Shown here in pieces: positions 1 through 12,430 of a stretch of DNA of 64,000 nt. Both the position numbers and the translations under genes were made by a program. Source of the DNA: Torpedo marmorata. Its lineage: Eukaryota. The notes beneath the pieces are model-generated. The model was not told the DNA's origin, ran no database searches, and worked only from the letters and a program-made list of their open reading frames with translations. The stretch covers positions 79,174,001 to 79,238,000 of the forward strand of contig OZ360232.1 of NCBI GenBank assembly GCA_977017645.1. The letters are read 5' to 3'. Within the stretch, counting starts at the first letter, position 1. Every line of letters starts with the position of its first letter.

Positions 1-1796
1 CCATGTACAGTGAACAAAAGAGCCTATTTCACTCTTACATCTAAAACACATATCTGATAATGCTGGATTAAATTTCTTCAATTTTTTAGGTGTTAAATAT
101 AATTGATGAAAGAAATTATATTGTAATAGTCTATATCTAACATTCAAGACTTTAGTCATACTTAATTTACATAAGTCTCTCCAATGATTTTCATCTATAT
201 TAACGTTTAAGTCTAGTTCCCATTTTAATCTAGATTTATGTAACCCTACTTTAGACATCTTTCTCTGAAATAATTTATACATTTGTGATATAAACTTATT
301 AATATTAACTTTAGTAATTAACAATTCCAATTCATTTTGTCTTGGTGCTATTAATTCATTCCCTAATATCTCAGTCAAAAAGGCTTTAACTTGAAAATAA
401 ACTAACATTGTATTGTCTAGTATATTAAATTTTTCTTTTAACCTTTGAAAAGTAACAAATCTACCAGCTTCAAAACAATCTTTCAAGGTCTTAATTCCCT
501 TTTGAAACCATAATTTAAGTAACTGATTATCAATAGAGAATGGTATAAGCAAATTTTGGTATATTGGTGTATTTAAAGAAATTGATCCTTTCCGACCTAT
601 TTCTTTATCTACTTGTGACCAAATTTCCAACAAATGTTTAATAATTGGTGAATTTTTCTTTTTAGCTAATAATAGTTTAGAGTTCCACTTATAAATAATC
701 TCTTCTTTATGTATTTCTCCTATATTATTCAATTCTATATTAATCCAAGCAGAAGATTTAGTTGAATCAAAAAATTCATTAATAAATTTTAATTGAGCTG
801 CTTTATAGTAATACTGAAAATTAGGAAGTTGCAATCCTTCCATCTCATAATTCCATGTTAATTTATCTATACTTACTCTTACCAACTTTCCTTTCCATAA
901 AAATTTCCTAATAACAAATTTTAAATCCTTAAAAAATTTATTTGGGATTCCAAAAGGAATCGATTGAAAAAGATATTGAATTATTGGAAAAACATTCATT
1001 TTGATACAATTTACTCTTCCCATCAAAGTTATAGGTAAGTCTTTCCAAAGTTCTAAATCTTTTTTTATTTTCATGAATAAAGGTATATAGTTTAATTTAT
1101 ACAAATTTTCCAACTTTGTATCCACTTTAACTCCCAAATATTTAATACTTTCTTTAGCCCATTTAAACTCCGTAACCTCTAGTATAATCACCTTGAGATA
1201 AAGCCAGAATCTCACTTTTATCTGAATTAATTTTATATCCAGATATCTCACCATATTCTGTCAATATAGTAGCCAATTGCTGAAGTGATGTAACAGATTT
1301 TGTCATATATATTAATACATCATCTGCAAACAAGCTAATCTTATGTTCTTCCCTACCAACTTTTATACCCATTATATTTCTATCTTCTCTAATCAATTCA
1401 GCTAAAGGTTCTATTGCCAAAACAAATAAAGCAGGTGACAGGGGACATCCCTGTCTTGTTGATCGTGATAATAAAAATTTTGACGATACTTGTCCATTTG
1501 TAACTACTTTAGCTGTAGGCTCTTTGTATATAGTTTTAATCCAATTTATAAAAATGTTTCCAAAACCAAATTTTTCTAAAACCTTAAATAAAAAATTCCA
1601 CTCTAACCTATCAAAAGCCTTCTCTGCATCCAATGTTACCACCAATGGTAAATCTTGTTTCTTCTTATGTAAATTAATTAAACTTATCAATCTAGCTATA
1701 TTATCTTTCGAATATCTATTCTTAATAAATCCAGCTTGATCTGAATGTATCAAGTTTGGTAAATATTTAGCTAATCTATTTGCTAAAATTTTTGCC
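1..1796 (-). mobile_element. L1-clade LINE, 5'-truncated ORF2 (RT onward), frameshifted; runs off window start; inserted into the 3' end of the neighbouring L1
   Basis: ORF 1163..2095 part AKILANRL...DAEKAFDRLEW...TRQGCPLSP...LFADD; continues as degraded ORF2 to base 1. Confidence 0.9.
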
Positions 1797-3910
1797 GGGC
1801 TCCAAATTTTTAAGAAGAAATGATACTTATTACGTAAATTATAAGTAATTTTTTCAAGTGGTATACACGAACGAAGTTCTGCATGCCATCTTTCTAATCC
1901 TAAATCTAAGTCAGATTTCCAAGTAATAGCAATGCATTTTTTTGAAACAGCTAAAGCAATTCGCAAAAATTCTACTTGAAACATATTTAATTTCTTTTTA
2001 ATACTAAATCTTTTAATATCTCCATATAAAAATAACATAGGATCCATTGGAAATGCAATATTAAATACTTTATCTAAAAATTTTTTAACTTTCAACTAAA
2101 AATCTTGAATTTTTGGACAAAACCATGAATGAACAAAAGAACCTTCCTCTCTATTGCATCTTAAAACATAAGCCTGATAATGTCGGATTAAATTTCTTTA
2201 ATTTCTTAGGTGTTAAATATAATTGATGAAAAAAATTATATTGTACTAATCTATAATCTAACATTGATAATCTTCGTCATACTTAATTTACATAAATCTT
2301 TCCAATGATTTTCATCTATATTTACATTTAAATCTAATTCCCATTTTAATCTTGATTTATGCAATCCTATTTTAGGCATTTTCCTCTGAAACAATTTATA
2401 CATTTTAGAAATGAATTTATTAACATCTCCATTGGTAACTAATAATTCTAATTCATTTTGTCTCAGTAAAATCAAAGCATAACCTAATTTCTCAGTCAAA
2501 AAAGCTTTAACTTGATAATAAGCTAAAAATGTATTATCTGGTATATTAAATTTATCTTTCATTCTTTGAAACGTAATAAATTTTCCAGCTTCAAAACAAT
2601 CATTAATCTTCTTAATACCTTTTTGAAACCAAATTTTAAGTAACTGATTATTAACAGTAAATGATATAAGTCCATTTTGATATAATGGCATATTTGAAGA
2701 AATTAATCCTCTTCCACCTATCTCTTTATCCATCTTACCCCATATTTCTAACAAATATTTAATAATCGGTGAATTTTTCTTTTTTAATGATATTAATTTA
2801 GAATCCCATTTATAAATAATTTCTTCTTTAAGATTTTCTCCTATATTATTTAATTTTATTTTAATCCAAGCAGAAGATTTAGTTGAATCAAAAAATTCAT
2901 TGACAAATTTTAATTGAGCTGCTTTATAATAATTTTGAAAATTAGGAAGTTGCAATCCACCCATCTCATAATTCCAGGTTAACTTTTCCATACTTACTCT
3001 TGCTAACTTTCCTTTCCATAAAAATTTCCTAATAATAAAATTTAAATCTTTATAAAAAATTTTGAGGAATTCCAAAAGGAATTGATTGAAAAAGATACTG
3101 AACTCTTGGAAAAATATTCATTTTAATACAATTTACCCTTCCCATTAAAGTTATGGGTAAATCTTTCCAATTCTCTAAATCTTTCTTTATTTTCACAAAT
3201 AATGGTAGATAATTTAATTTATATAAATTTTCCAATTTTGTATCAACCTTAACCCCCAAATATTTAATTCCTTCTTTAGCCCATTTAAATTGTGTAATTT
3301 CTTTACATCTATTATAATCACCTTGAGATAAAGCCATTATTTCTCTTTTATCAGAATTAATTTTATATCCAGATATTTCACCATATTCTCTTAATATAAT
3401 AGATAGTTGTTGAAGTGATGTAATAGATTTTGTCATATATATCAATACATCATCTGCAAACAAACTAATCTTATGTTCTTCCATACCAACTTTAATACCC
3501 ACTATCTTAGGATCTTTTCTAACTAATTCAGCCAAGGGTTCTATCGCCAAAACAAATAAAGCTGGTGACAGGGGACATCCCTGTCTCGTAGAACGTGTCA
3601 AAGAAAATTTTGGTGATATTTGTCCATTTGTAATTACTTTAGCTGATGGTTCTTTATATATAGTTTTAATCCAATTTATAAATGTATTTCCAAAACCAAA
3701 TTTTTCTAATACCTTAAATAAAAAATTCCATTCTAATCTATCAAAAGCCTTTTCAGCGTCTAATGTTACAACTAATGGTAGATTTTGTTTCTTTTTATGC
3801 AAACTAATTAATCTAGCTATATTATCCTTTGAATATCTATTTTTGATAAAACCAGCTTGGTCTATATGTATCAAATCTGGCAAATATTTAGCCATTCTGT
3901 TTGCTAAGAT
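1797..3910 (-). mobile_element. L1-clade LINE, 5'-truncated ORF2 (RT to C-terminal ...PLEKITYNLRNKYHFFLKIWSP)
   Basis: ORFs 3050..3895, 2251..3075 and first part of 1163..2095 are consecutive frameshifted pieces of L1 ORF2. Confidence 0.9.
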
Positions 3911-5625
3911 AATTTATGATTGATGTCAGGCGGGTCGGTGTCAAGACCCGTTTTTCTGCACTTAATAGAATGCCTAGAAATTTTACTTTCTTCCCCTGGC
4001 TAACCTTATGGCGTGGTATAACATAACCCCAGGCGTGAAGGGCATTCATCAAAAAGTGCTTGTCCGTCTCATTAATCTCTTTACTAATGCTGCTGTTTTC
4101 TCCGGCAGACACCATCAGTATTGCGTTAAACTGTGCAGACGTTTGGCCCCCACTAAAGGTCGCACCCCCTTCACACCTTTGATAGGCCATTGTAAATCTT
4201 TCCCAAAATTCCTGGCCTGTCTCCTTAGACCTGGGTCTGCATTCCAGGACCTTTCCCAAATTGATCGACTTTTTCAAACTATCCGCCAGGGCCATAAGCA
4301 TCGTATTAACCTGTGCCTGAGGTGCTGCATAGTTGTTAATCGGCTGGCCACCCGCACCCTGCATTGCCCGCTTCCATTTAGCATTTTCTTGTGTCAAGAT
4401 TGCATGGCAAAGGGAGAATAAATCTTGGGGCTGCGCCCCATACATCATTTGGGTAGAACGGAGGTAATTTACAAATTCAATCGGGTCCTTATTTCTATCC
4501 GGAATGTGATGGGCTATCAGCAACATTTCCTGCGGCTTCCAAGGTGTATATACTTGCTTAGTTTGATTCTGCCTGAGGATTGGGGAAAACCCTAAGGGGA
4601 AATGCCGAAACTTGTTCAGTCTCTGTGTTCCACCGTTCCCTGGGGTTCGTCTTTACTCTTCCACCTACCATATCGGAGGATGGAGGGGAAGGGGGCCTCC
4701 AGGGGCCATATGATAGGATCCATATCCGCTGATGGTGGTACTACTGGAGAGTGTTGCGCTACTGGTGGGGCTATTGGTGGCACTTGGTGGGGTGGTGCAT
4801 AAGGTGGGGGTCTTACCCAGTCCAAAGAGTCCTCAGACTCTTCTTCCTCATTGTCATGCAGGAATAGTCGCAATACTAGACAATGGATCCCCAGGGTCCT
4901 CTTTGTTTACTGGCCATCTTAGTCATAAACTGGCGCTGCGCCTTTCTTTCCTCATTTCTTTTTCTCCTGATTATCATGCCATTCACACTCAGCCTTTAGC
5001 TCCTCCGTCTTTTGGTCTGCCCTCCTTTGTACATATCACAATCCCTTGCTTACTTGCATTATCCCTCCAACTATCCTGCTTAGCCTTCTGCCAATTTTTA
5101 AACCCTGTTCTTTCCATTCCCCTATCCTCTTTTTCCATTTCTTTCCTACTTTTTCCCATAACAGCTCTGCCTTTTCTATTTCCTTTACAGACCAAGTACC
5201 CCCGACTGGCCATCCCTCATTACCTAATCTTTTTGTTAACATGGCCGACAACTGTCGATAATTTCTCTGATTTTTTGGGTGCAAATAACACATTTGCTGC
5301 ACTGGTGTTCCCCCTTCACTTTTGTCCAGTGCCTGCCCATTTTGCTGTTTTTCAAATCCTAGTTTATCCCAGCAAGTACAGCCGCAGTCCGATTTACAAT
5401 TTATCCCAGCACCAAGCACTAACCTGTAGATATCCTGTTTCTTCGGTTCTTTTTCGGATCTCGGCAAGGAACTGGGTCTACCTTGGACGAGGGGCCTCAG
5501 TGCTCCAAGAGGCCGGTGTAGGAGTCAGATGCAAAGTATCTGAAGGAGCCTTTATTTCTCCCTCCGGCTTCCCGAACGCCGTCTGCCACTTACTCAATCC
5601 AAGGCAACCCAAGCGTCCCAGCGAG

Positions 5626-5643
5626 ATCCTGCCGACTATGCCA
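5626..5643 (-). promoter_or_regulatory. Primer binding site, tRNA-Ser
   Basis: Minus strand TGGCATAGTCGGCAGGAT, 17/18 complementary to the vertebrate tRNA-Ser 3' end (AUCCUGCCGACUACGCCA, recalled), 1 nt after LTR end ...CTAACA. Confidence 0.85.
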
Positions 5644-5644
5644 A

Positions 5645-5996
5645 TGTTAGTCGGCCTGCACTGTATCTCTGCTGGATAAAACAACAGCAGAACAGATGAG
5701 CAACACAAACAACCTTTATTGCATATCGCTAGCGGGAGTGGGGACCATAAAGGAGGAGTAGCTGTTGCTACTCATTTCCTTCTGCTATACCCACTCAATC
5801 AATAGAGTTTCATTCGCTTTAAATAGTCTTTTCAAGGTCGACATCGGACTCTACGTGCAGCTCGTCTTGTCTCGGAACATTCTGCAATTACTTCTTGATA
5901 AGTCTCATAATATTTTCTTGTAGTTTCGATCACATGATGTCTGGCCACTTTCCTTTGTCTGTTAATGCTAACAAACTTGTCAATTTATTTTCTACA
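5645..5996 (-). repeat. ERV 5' LTR (~350 bp)
   Basis: Minus strand begins TGTAG (exact start uncertain by a few bp) and ends CTAACA; TATA-like TATTTAAA ~5820 and AATAAA ~5715-5720; followed by PBS. Confidence 0.65.
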
Positions 5997-6212
5997 ACAG
6001 AACCCCCCCAGCACCCTTACATTTTCCTGCCCTCCCCTTCTACACTAGCACCCTTACATTTTCCTGCCCTCCTCTTCTACAATGGTAGGCATTCTTGGTG
6101 GTAGAGTAGCAGTGGTCGAGAGTATTCTATCCTGGTGTTGCAGGAGATGTGCTGGTGGTAGTTTGGGAGTCCCTTCTTTAAGCTAGCCTGATTAACATCT
6201 CTGCCGATGACT

Positions 6213-6294
6213 GATCTATATGCTGTGATCAACAAACATTATACGGTGTATCTGGACACACTGTATGATGTTTGTTGATCATGGCATGTAGATC
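6213..6294 (+). repeat. 37-bp-arm inverted repeat (hairpin), 8-nt loop
   Basis: 6213-6249 pairs with 6258-6294; five non-Watson-Crick positions, all G-U on the + strand. Confidence 0.9.
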
Positions 6295-7655
6295 CTCTGG
6301 TGCTAGCTTAATGTCTTGTGTGGAGATGTAGATTGCAGTCAGTACAACAGAAGTGAATTCCCTCAGGAGGGAGAAGGATCAGCACTTTAGCATTAGATGC
6401 TCCAAATGAGGGGAACAGTCATGGAACTGAATCTCTACGTCCGAGAACCATGAAGAGTTAACCGCGAAGCAGACACTGCAATCTCTTCCTTTACTCGAGG
6501 ACACTGACTGATCTACGTGATGTATGGAAAACAAAATGTCAAATGAACAAGTTCAGTGGTGACAAGGCTGTTGATAACAAGCTGAAATAGATGCACGGAA
6601 GTCACAAGGATAAAAGAATGTGACTGTTAACATCAATGGAAATACAATGTTTGGGTATCAAAATGCTAAGTAAGATGAGGGCTGGAAGCATTTTGTATCA
6701 GTCTTAAATGCTGAAGACTATGCTGCTAAATTCAGTGGGTGAAAATTGAAGTTAAAGTGGTTACCAGAAAGGCTGGCTAAGCTGATAATTAGAGGTCAGA
6801 ATGGAATGTGGCAGAAGGTCTTGCCATATATTGTAGCATACTGTTCTGCACTGGAAAATACACAGGTAACACTATTGTTCAAAAACTAGTACAAGGACTA
6901 TCCCTACGTTATGAATCCCAACTTATGGACACACAAATGACTTGAATGGATGGCCTTGATCAAAGTGATGAACAAATTGAACTGTTTCACTTGGAGGGAA
7001 AATGAGAGGAGCCAGAGAAGAAAGGCTTAAGGAGACAATTAAACACAAGGACTGCTGGTTCATCTGTACTATTCGTTGTGATTGTGAAGTACAAGTTTTC
7101 GTACATGGGGGAATGAGGCCCAATGGTACTTGATGTATTTCAGCCAAATGTGACGACTGATGGCAATACTACCATAACAAATATGCTTGCATCTGTTTTC
7201 TTAATTGCGTATGATGCTTGTACACATAAGTGAATTGATTAATTTGCAGAGGGGCTATAAGTGTGGAAAAAGATGTGTAATATAAAAATTTAATGTGCAA
7301 AAAAAATTATTTTAAATATTAAATCTATTGATGACCATGAAAATGACTCGAACCCCCATTTTACATTATTTTGAAAATTAATATTTTGTAACTGTCTTTA
7401 AATTTGAAAGTCAAAAGTTTTCCTTGAGAGCAACACAACTTTTTATTTCACTTTCTGTATCCTGAACTTTTTAAAATCTATTCAAGCTATTTTCTGTTTT
7501 CAAAATAAAAAATCTTGCAAAGATTTGTTTCTTGGTTGTCTGGAATGAGGACACCAAGCAGTTATAGTGTTTATCTTGTTATTTTGCGGGAATTCTGATC
7601 ATGAAAGCCAAAATGTTTAATATGGTGAAAGATCGGTTAACAAAACCGGTAAGTA

Positions 7656-9514
7656 CCGTATATTTCGGCGTATAAGTCGAGTCTTGAAACCCTCAAAAAT
7701 CTCTCAAAAAACGGGGGTCGACTTATACGCCGGATATACTTTTGAGACCTTAAAATCAGCTCAAGAACCAGTGCACGCTGATTTGGCGTATAAGTCGACC
7801 CTTGAAAACCCAATTTGGCGTATAAGTCGACCCTTGAAAACACGATTCGGTGTATAAGTCGACCCTTGAAAAAAAAAAAAAAACCCGACTGCAACAAATT
7901 TTCATTGACATTTTTATTGAAAACAACAAGACATTTAGAACCCTTCAAAATCACTTTCGCTATCATCGTCTGAGGCAAAGATCTCGGCAAGCATCCGGGG
8001 TCTCACTGTTTAAACAGTCATCGTACGGGTCCCAGTCTGTATCTGATGAGGCGTCTTCAGCTTCGTCGTCAGTGTCCCACAATAAATCATCTTCTGTACC
8101 ATCAATTGCTCAAGAGATACCGCACTTTTTAAACGATTTTATTATAGTCTCTACTTTCACTTTGTCCCACTGAGCACGAAGTCACACAGCACATCAAGCG
8201 ATTCAGCACGCATTGCCCCGCCTTTTGTAAATGATTTTTCTGCACTCGTCATCCATGTATTCCACTCTTCACGCACGTGGTCTTTGAATGGCTTGTTCAA
8301 GCAGACATTGAGAGGTTGCAATATAGACGTTAAACCACCCGGGATAACTGCCATGTAAGTATTATGTTGTGCTAATCTACTTTTAGTCTTCTCAGTTAAG
8401 TGGCTACGAAACATATCCCAGACAAGCAAACTCCGTTCCTTACGTAAACCGCCTGGCCGCCTGTTCCACACATTGTCTATCCATAGTTTTATACCATTTT
8501 CATCCATCTATCCTTTTTCATGAAAATGTACAAAAATACCTGCTGGGAAATTTATTTTAAGTTTAAGTTTGCGCTTGAAGATTACCATGGGTCTTAACTT
8601 TGTCCCGTTGGCCATGCACGATAACACCACGGTAAACCTGGTCCTTTCATGTCCTGTACTCCTCGTTTGCACAGTTTTCACACCTTTCCATTCCACTGTT
8701 CTATTGCCTATCATGTCAAAATTCATGGGGGTTTCGTCATGTTTCCAATATTTGCCAACGCAAACTTGTGTTTCTGCCGGTTACGTAAAATAAACTGGTG
8801 AAAACTTACAACTTTATGATCAAGATCTTTTGGTAGTTTCTGAGCAATTTTAGTTTTTTGTCGTAAAACCAGATTTTTCCAGTTCATGAAACGGTTGCAC
8901 CAGCCTACTGTAGCTTCAAAATCATTACTGAGTTCTGGGTGCGACTTTGCCCAGTTCAGTGCAAATGTTCTTATTTTATTTCAGGTGACTATGTAGCAAT
9001 CTTGCCTCTGTTCACGTACCCATGCTGCGACATGATTTTCCAACTCTGGCCAACGAGTGATTCCTCTTCTCATCGAACATTGCCTTTTTGGTATTTTTCT
9101 TAAAGTATCTTCTTTCTTCCTCCAATCTCTTACCAGCTTCTCGTATATATCAAATTTTCTTGCAGCAGCACAGTTGTTGGTTTTCTTGGCCATTTCTATA
9201 ACTTTTAATTTAAAACTCGCCTCATACTTTGTCGTTTCAATTGAGCCTCCATGATAACAATCACCTCCAGCCAACGCCCAGCAGCTCAATCAGCGCGATC
9301 GTTGTGGGTCGACCTATACGCCGGTCAATGCCCAGTAGCGCAATCATCGCGATTTTTGGGGGTCGACTTATACGCCGGTCAATGCGCAACATCTCAGGCA
9401 TCGCGATTTTTGGGGATCGACTTATACGCCGGATATACAATAAAACCATTAAAATGAGGCTGAAAAGGGGGGGTCGACTTATCTGCCGGTCGACTTATAT
9501 GCCGAAATATACGG
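7656..9514 (-). mobile_element. pogo-family (POGK/Passer-like) DNA transposon, full length, transposase disrupted
   Basis: TIRs CCGTATATTTCGGC(G/A)TATAAGTCGA with TA on both flanks; Brinker/CENP-B-like HTH ORF 8981..9289; DDE_1 pieces 8508..8726 and 8157..8507 (LLVWDMFRSH, IPGGLTSILQPL...NKPFK); repeated subterminal TATAAGTCGAC motifs. Confidence 0.92.
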
Positions 9515-9517
9515 TAG

Positions 9518-10480
9518 GTTTTTTGAATATTTTATTTGTATTTTTTAAAGCCAAACATATTATCAATAACAAAAATAATACATCATCAAATATAATATTC
9601 ATCTGTTGACTATTATACTAAAAAAAACAACAAAATTACAAACAAAGGAAAGTCCACCCACCCAATTTCCCCCTAAAAGAAAATAAAAGAGGAATAGAAT
9701 AAGAAAAGGTTGAAATAGAAAAGGAAAGAAGACGTTGGAGGCTCGTCGTCCACCCCGCAGGCTAAAATTACTTGGCATACTCGGAGTTCTGAAGAGGAAA
9801 TGGACATAGGTCCTGGAGGCGAGGGGGGTGCCTGGTTATAGATTTACAGCCATGTGTTGTAAATATGGAGTCCAAATCTTTAAAAATATATCATATGTTT
9901 CTAAGATTAGGTAATCTCAAGGGGAACACAACTGTACATTTCCATCTTGTCATACCTGGATGGGAATCAAACTTCCATGTGACCGCTATACATTTCCTGG
10001 CCGCTGCCAATGCGATCTCCACAAATTTTATTTGAAATTTTGACAGCCTCATCTCAGGTCTTACGCCGGAGATATTGCCCAATAGAAATAATTCTGGGCG
10101 TTGTGGGAACTGAATTTCTGTAATTTGTTCTAAGAGTTTCCCTAAGTCCGTCCAGAAAGGTTTTACTTTGGGGCATGACCAGGTTAAATGTAAAAATGTT
10201 TCTATTTCTTTGCCGCATCTAAAACATTTATCTGGTATTTCTGATTTAAATTTATTCAATATTTGCAGCGTGAGATACAACTGGTGCAAAAAATTGTATT
10301 GCACCAGTCTGTATCTCACATTTATTGTGTTTTTCATACTGGCCTGACATAAGTCGGACCAGTTTTGTTCATTAATTATTATATTCAAGTCTGACTCCCA
10401 TCTCTGTCTAGATCTATGTAGCTCCTGTTTAGGGGTTCCTTTTTGTAGTAAAAGATAGGCTGCTGAAATAAACTTCTTAA
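9518..10480 (-). mobile_element. L1-clade LINE 3' fragment (second family)
   Basis: ORF 9891..10388 with CFRC...HLTWSCPKV zinc motif; 3' UTR with AATAAA and A-tail near 9520. Confidence 0.8.
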
Positions 10481-10719
10481 CCAGTAAGTAGGTTGATTGA
10501 TAAAACTATTCTTGGGAGAATTTTGTCAAGAGTATCAATCAGTGCATTTATTTTAACAGCTGGAGATATTTTGCAGTTGTCAAGGGGATATAAACTGTAT
10601 AACGATTGTCCTATCATAGATTTGAATCCCCAAGTTGTTAATCATTTCTGGGTCAAAATCATTACTATTCAGTTCAACGACTTTGAGCATTTCTTAAAAC
10701 CTTCCTATAATATTGTTGG

Positions 10720-11495
10720 GGGGGGGGGTTTAACGAAAGCCAGAGAAGTCGATATTAATACCATCTGGTTGGAGGGTGCCCAGTCGGAAGATGAGGTGTT
10801 GTTCCTCCAATTTACGGGTGGTCTCAGTCTGGCAGTACATGAGACCATGGACAGACATGTCGGCAAGGGAATGGGATGGAGAATTGAAATGGATGGCCAC
10901 TGGGAGATCCACGCTATTGCGGCGGACAGAGCCGAGGTGCTCAACAAAGCGATCTCCCAGTCTGCGTCCAGTCTTTCTGATGTAGAGGAGACCACAGCGG
11001 GAGCACCGGATGCAGTAGATGACCCCTGCAGATTCACAAGTGAAATGTTGCTGAAGGAGGAGGTGTGAACACAAGTGGAGCATCTCCTGCGGTCACAGGA
11101 GTAGGTCCCAAGGGGACGATTGGTGGGAAGGGAGGAGTGGACGAGGAAGTCACAGAGGGAGTGGTCCCTGTGGATAACGGGGAGGAGAGGGGAATGTGTC
11201 TAGTGGTGGGATCACGTAGTAGGTGGCGGAAATGGCGGAGGAGGATGTGTTAGATGCTGAAGCTGGTGGGGTGGTAGGTGAGGACAAGAGGAATCCTATC
11301 CTTGTTGCACGTGGGGGCGGAGGGGACCAGGGCAGATGTGTGGGTAATGGAGGATATGCGGATGAGTGCCGAGTTGATGGTGGTAGAGGGAAAGCCACGT
11401 TGTTTGAAGGAGGAGGACATCTCTGATGATCTGGCATGGAAGTCCTCATCCCGGGTGCAGATGCGCCGGAGACGGAGGAATTGAGAGAATGGAAT
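10720..11495 (-). mobile_element. Penelope-like element fragment (RT C-terminus + GIY-YIG endonuclease)
   Basis: ORF 10730..11083 FTCESAGVIYCIRCSRCGLLYI...RFVEH...PVAIHFN. Confidence 0.88.
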
Positions 11496-11802
11496 GTTGT
11501 AAAATGTATGATGGTAGAAAATTCCATGGGGCCTGATCAGGTATCCTAAGACATTGACAGGTTTATTGGGTGTAATTGGGCAGCACAGGTTTCAATAGCT
11601 GGAATCTGCTTCTACCGTGTTAATAAATTAAAACAATAATTTAAATTAGGTTAAGTTAGGGAAGTAATTGCAGGGTCACTGCAAAGAGAGATTTCCATTA
11701 TCGTTAAGCACTGGTGAGGTGCCAGAACACTCTATAATTTATCTTTGTGTATAAAAGGCTATTAGGATAAGCCAAACAACTACAGGATGGTGAGCTCAGC
11801 AT

Positions 11803-12128
11803 CAGAATCAGAATTTTTATTGTCATGAACAAGTCGTGAAATTCAGGGTTTTGCGGCAGCATCATAGTGCAAACATTCATATTATAACCATCTTACGACA
11901 TTACTATAAAAAATATATAAATAATAGTGCACGAAAAGTAAGGCAGTGTCTTTGTTCATTGATTATTCAGGAATCTGATGGCAGCGGGGAAGAAGCTGTC
12001 CTTGTGCCGTTGATTGCTCGACTTTAAGCTCCTGTACCTTTTTCCCGATGGTAGTAGAGTGAAGAAGGCATGGCCTGGGTGGTGGGGGTCTTTGAGGACA
12101 GAGGCTGCTTTTTTAAGACACCAGTCAT
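11803..12128 (-). mobile_element. Rex1-like LINE 3' end fragment
   Basis: Near-identical to 16224-16545; tail GACAATAAA(TTCTGA)n on minus strand. Confidence 0.8.
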
Positions 12129-12430
12129 GAATAAGTGACAGGAAGGGATTCTAAGAGACACTATCTTGATATTCAAAAAGGCAAGGAATGATTAGGGATG
12201 AACAGCATGGATTTGTCGTGTGAAATTGTGTCTTACAGGTTGTATAGTTTTTTGAGATGACGAAGAAAATTGAGGGCAGGGTGCAAGATGTTATCAAAGT
12301 GTACTTTAGCAAGGCCTTTGACAAGGTCCTGCAAAGTGGACTGATTGCATGGGATCCAGGGTGAGCTGGCCAATTGGAAACTGAATTGGCTTGATGGCAG
12401 GAGACAGAGGGTAATAGGAAGGGTTGTTAC

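Larger units (their letters stand above)
3911..5996 (-). mobile_element. Endogenous retrovirus fragment (class I, gamma/epsilon-like): 5' LTR, PBS, degraded gag joined by deletion to an RT fragment
   Basis: Matrix-like WPVGGTWS (5036..5467), PPPY late domain (4616..4873), capsid/MHR-like ECRPRSKETGQEFWERF then RT-like GYVIPRHKVSQGKKVKFLG (3888..4526); tRNA-Ser PBS next to a TG...CA LTR. Confidence 0.75.

Noticed and set aside
4732-5679. 315-aa hydrophobic ORF on + strand
   Set aside because: Antisense shadow of purine-rich ERV gag; no recognisable domain
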